NCBI GenBank assembly: GCA_944331935.1
Contig: CALVIV010000001.1
Coordinates: forward strand, 9,968 to 73,967
DNA: 64,000 bases
Source of the DNA: an uncultured Bacilli bacterium
GTDB taxonomy: Bacteria > Bacillota_I > Bacilli_A > RF39 > UBA660
Reading direction: 5' to 3'
Under the pieces are notes generated by a model. That model was not told the origin of the DNA, searched no databases, and saw only the letters and a list, made by a program, of their open reading frames with translations. How positions within the stretch are numbered: the stretch's first letter is position 1; every line of letters starts with the position of its first letter. A program made the translations under genes and the position numbers. This document shows positions 61,088-64,000 of the stretch, one piece after another.

Positions 61088-61098
61088 AAAAAGAAGAA

Positions 61099-61377
61099 CT
61101 AATCTTCTTTAGAATCTTCATCTTTAATGTTATTATAAGCTTCAATAATCTTATCTTGAAACATTGCTCTAACTTCTGGATTAATTGGATGTGCAATATC
61201 CCTATATCCTCCAGCTTGAGTCTTTCTACTAGGCATAGCAATAAAAAGCCCATTGTCACCTTCAATGATTCTAATATCATGAACAGCAAAAGAATCATCA
61301 AGTAATACTGATGCAATACCTTTCATGCGACTACCTTCTTTTTCAATTTTACGTACATTTACAGATGTAATTTTCAT
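61099..61377 (-). CDS. spoVG: Septation protein SpoVG.
   Basis: [11 protein letters not shown]...[33 protein letters not shown]...YRDIAHPIN. Confidence 0.9.
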   Translation of the reverse strand: MKITSVNVRKIEKEGSRMKGIASVLLDDSFAVHDIRIIEGDNGLFIAMPSRKTQAGGYRDIAHPINPEVRAMFQDKIIEAYNNIKDEDSKED

Positions 61378-61480
61378 ATGTAACCTCCTAATACTAAGTC
61401 TTATAAGTCAATTCTATACCAGTTAACTAACTTTTGCAAGTCGTTTTTTAAAACTTGTCAAATACTTTACTAATATATAT

Positions 61481-61693
61481 TTATTTAAGTATCTCCAAGC
61501 TAGAAGTAATCAAATCACTATAAGAAAAAGATTTAATATTATTATCTATTAATTTAACAACAAATATTGCTTGATAAGTCTCTATTATCTCCCCTTCAAA
61601 TTCCACTATTTGGTTTCTACTACCATTAAATTTAAAATGAAGCATCTTTCCTTCTTTAGATTTTACTTCATCTCTTACTTTATCAACATTCAT
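61481..61693 (-). CDS. veg: Veg (biofilm-stimulating small protein, DUF1021).
   Basis: 70 aa. Follows the LHFKFNGSRNQIVEFEGEIIETYQAIFVV pattern. Lies next to yabG. Confidence 0.65.
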   Translation of the reverse strand: MNVDKVRDEVKSKEGKMLHFKFNGSRNQIVEFEGEIIETYQAIFVVKLIDNNIKSFSYSDLITSSLEILK

Positions 61694-62478
61694 CTTGGAT
61701 ACCCCACATACATAACACCATTAGTAATAATACCACCCATTCCATTACTACCATAATGAGTCTTAGAAAGTAAACTTATCAAATCAATTTCTTTATTTTT
61801 TGGAGATAAAGCGACAGTACTAGCAATAATAGCAGGGTCTAAAGCATGAATATTAATTCTCTTAGGACTAGAAGCAAAGTTAGCCCCTGCTTTAATTAAG
61901 TCCTCATAAAAAGACTGACAAGCTCCTGCTATAATAATGAGTTTATCTTGATTTCTCTCATACTCTCTAGCTTTCATCGTCGCTTTAACAAAATTAAGAG
62001 AATTCTGATAATTAGCCAAATCACTCTTATCTTTATTCTTCTTAAAAGAATCATGTCCTGTAATAACCAAAATATCCGGATTATACTTTTCTAAACAAGA
62101 AGTAATCTCTTTAGAAAAATCATCTTCATCCAAATTAACCCCATAAGCTTCTAAATGCATATCTTTATAAAAATCTATACATCGCCGCAAATAATCTTTA
62201 TCACCATCAATATGCAAAATCTTTCCTGGCAAATAAAAGTATTCACTTCTATCTAAATTAAGCATATCTTTAATCTTTTTAGCATCATTTCTATCTTTAT
62301 TAGTATCATAATCTACATCAGCTTCTTCTAAATCATCAAGACTACTATCAGCATAGAGCCTAACATCGATACCTTTTAAATAAGCTATATCGTCTTTAAT
62401 ATCAATAATAGTAAATAAAATATCATTATTATAAGAATTTCTAGTAACAAAGTCTCCAATCTTAAACATATAATTCAC
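61690..62478 (-). CDS. yabG: Sporulation-specific protease YabG (peptidase U57).
   Basis: 262 aa, located between ksgA and veg as in Bacillus. Confidence 0.55.
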   Translation of the reverse strand: MNYMFKIGDFVTRNSYNNDILFTIIDIKDDIAYLKGIDVRLYADSSLDDLEEADVDYDTNKDRNDAKKIKDMLNLDRSEYFYLPGKILHIDGDKDYLRRCIDFYKDMHLEAYGVNLDEDDFSKEITSCLEKYNPDILVITGHDSFKKNKDKSDLANYQNSLNFVKATMKAREYERNQDKLIIIAGACQSFYEDLIKAGANFASSPKRINIHALDPAIIASTVALSPKNKEIDLISLLSKTHYGSNGMGGIITNGVMYVGYPR

Positions 62479-62507
62479 CCATTTAATTATATGTAAAGGA
62501 TTTATAT

Positions 62508-63329
62508 TTATGCTCTAGTTAAAGAATTAGCAATATCAACAAATATTTTATAATCTAAAGCCTCCGCTCTCACATTCAAATCATAACCATATTTATTTAA
62601 AACAGTCTCTATAACACTTAAATTATATTTCTTCAAATTATTTCTTAGAGTCTTTCTTCTAAACTGAAAACTATCATGAACAAGCTTCATAAAAAAATCT
62701 TTATCATCTAGCCTCTCTAACTCATCTTTTCTACTAAAAGATACCACAACACTATCAACATTAGGTCTTGGATAAAATTGATTTCTATCAACCACAAATT
62801 CTTTTTTCACATTAAAGAAATAATTAAGAATAACCGTAAGAGCCCCATACTCTTTACAAGATACCTTACTACAAAACCTATCTCCCACTTCTTTTTGAAC
62901 CATCATAACTATCTTTTCAAATCCTAAATTGCTATCTATTAATTTAAAAAGTATAGGAGTCGTTATATAATACGGAACATTACTAACAAAATATAAATTA
63001 TCATATGAATACTCACCTACATCACTAACAATATTTGCTTTAAGAAAATCGTTAAATAATATCTTTACATTATCATAATCTTTAAGTCTACTAGCTAATA
63101 CATCTTCTAAACTATTATCAACTTCATAAGCTAAGATATTACTATCTTTATATAGACTTGCTAAAGTGATAGTTAAATTACCACTACCAGGTCCTACTTC
63201 TATAACTAAAGAATTAGTCTTAATGTCAGCAACCTTTGCAATTTTATCAATAATCGCTTTATTCTGTAAAAAATTCTGTCCATACTTTTTCTTAAATTTA
63301 AAACCGTCCATAATATCACTTTCTTTCAT
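62508..63329 (-). CDS. rsmA: 16S rRNA (adenine1518/1519-N6)-dimethyltransferase.
   Basis: SAM motif LVIEVGPGSGNLT. KsgA-type N-terminus FKFKKKYGQNFL. Confidence 0.85.
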   Translation of the reverse strand: MKESDIMDGFKFKKKYGQNFLQNKAIIDKIAKVADIKTNSLVIEVGPGSGNLTITLASLYKDSNILAYEVDNSLEDVLASRLKDYDNVKILFNDFLKANIVSDVGEYSYDNLYFVSNVPYYITTPILFKLIDSNLGFEKIVMMVQKEVGDRFCSKVSCKEYGALTVILNYFFNVKKEFVVDRNQFYPRPNVDSVVVSFSRKDELERLDDKDFFMKLVHDSFQFRRKTLRNNLKKYNLSVIETVLNKYGYDLNVRAEALDYKIFVDIANSLTRA

Positions 63330-63373
63330 ACTAAAAATTATATTAGTACTTTAAATTTTTGTAAAGAAAAAGC

Positions 63374-63841
63374 CTAAGCTTTCTTAAATTTCTTAGACTC
63401 ATTATTTATTTCACTTTTATTTTTATCCTTTTCTTTAAACATAAATAAAATATTTGATAAAACTAAACCATATAACATAATATTTATATAAGCAAGAAAA
63501 TTATCATAAAAATTAAAATCTATCCCATATCCATACTTACTATTTAATACCATATTAGTATCTAATATTGCTCTTAAAGAAACAAGGACAATAGTAGTTA
63601 GTGCTAAGCAACAAGTAAGATTATAAAATAAACATTTAGTAACTCCTTCTTGCCTAAAAATCATATTTACAAGAAATAAAATTAATAAAAGTAAAAATGG
63701 AACAAACTGAGGTAATACACTAATTATATCTTTATTAAGTCGCATATTCATTCTAATAAAAATAAATAAAGATAAAGCAAAAGCTGCAATCAAAAGAAGA
63801 AACTTAAGTACATAAAACAATCCATTAAATATTTTTTTCAT
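63374..63841 (-). CDS. Hypothetical membrane protein.
   Basis: 155 aa, 4 TM segments. RBS AGGAGG. Confidence 0.3.
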   Translation of the reverse strand: MKKIFNGLFYVLKFLLLIAAFALSLFIFIRMNMRLNKDIISVLPQFVPFLLLLILFLVNMIFRQEGVTKCLFYNLTCCLALTTIVLVSLRAILDTNMVLNSKYGYGIDFNFYDNFLAYINIMLYGLVLSNILFMFKEKDKNKSEINNESKKFKKA

Positions 63842-63844
63842 TTT

Positions 63845-64000
63845 CTAACCTCCTAACACTATACTTCTATACCAATATGAAATTTCAACAAGTAAATCTA
63901 ATGTATTTTGATAACTACTCATTGTACTAGAATAACTATCTTTCACAAGATCAAAAAAGTTATTTTTATTAGAGTCAGTAGTAAAATAATAATGATCAGA
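63845..64000 (-). CDS. Hypothetical protein, C-terminal fragment (gene continues past the window end).
   Basis: An open minus-strand frame ending ...LLVEISYWYRSIVLGG*. Its TAG overlaps the downstream RBS. Confidence 0.2.
   Translation of the reverse strand, partial: SDHYYFTTDSNKNNFFDLVKDSYSSTMSSYQNTLDLLVEISYWYRSIVLGG

Overview
This is a very AT-rich chromosomal segment from a low-GC, endospore-forming Firmicute (Clostridia-like). Sporulation and housekeeping synteny includes yabP-yabQ-divIC, spoVG, veg-yabG-ksgA, whiA-yvcK, cysS-mrnC-rlmB-sigH, dusB-lysS and tilS-ftsH. Nearly all genes lie on the minus strand. The housekeeping genes are rnr(partial)-secG-def-eno, murD, femAB, the str operon (rpsL-rpsG-fusA-tuf), clpP, trxB-lgt, uvrA, rel, lysS, mscL and ftsH. 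The outstanding feature is an accessory locus at about 14.9-23.1 kb, immediately upstream of the str operon. It is a diversity-generating retroelement (DGR). (i) Its reverse transcriptase gene is split exactly at the catalytic Y-M-D|D codons by a complete group II intron that carries its own En-minus RT/maturase ORF. (ii) An Avd-like accessory gene sits next to it. (iii) Upstream lies a tandem array of five about 340-bp units. Each contains an AAY-codon-rich, template-repeat (TR)-like cassette of about 110 bp with identical boundaries, embedded in a conserved hairpin-bearing spacer. Only the avd-proximal cassette matches the single variable repeat (VR) in the window. Seven of the eight TR/VR mismatches are at TR adenines, the hallmark of DGR mutagenic retrohoming. 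(iv) There is a decayed VR remnant with its own downstream hairpin. (v) The target gene is a 626-aa membrane-anchored protein with a C-terminal FGE/C-type-lectin fold VR followed by a GNRA-type hairpin. A flavin reductase-rubredoxin gene is nested inside the locus on the opposite strand. A second accessory island between cysS and clpC (about 42.1-47.3 kb) carries three tandem divergent paralogs of unknown function, a cupin, a YhcG-like PD-(D/E)xK nuclease and a DUF4143 AAA ATPase. A second DUF4143 ATPase plus an XRE regulator is inserted between clpP and whiA. Both ATPase genes are preceded by short tandem direct repeats. No rRNA, tRNA or CRISPR arrays were recognised.
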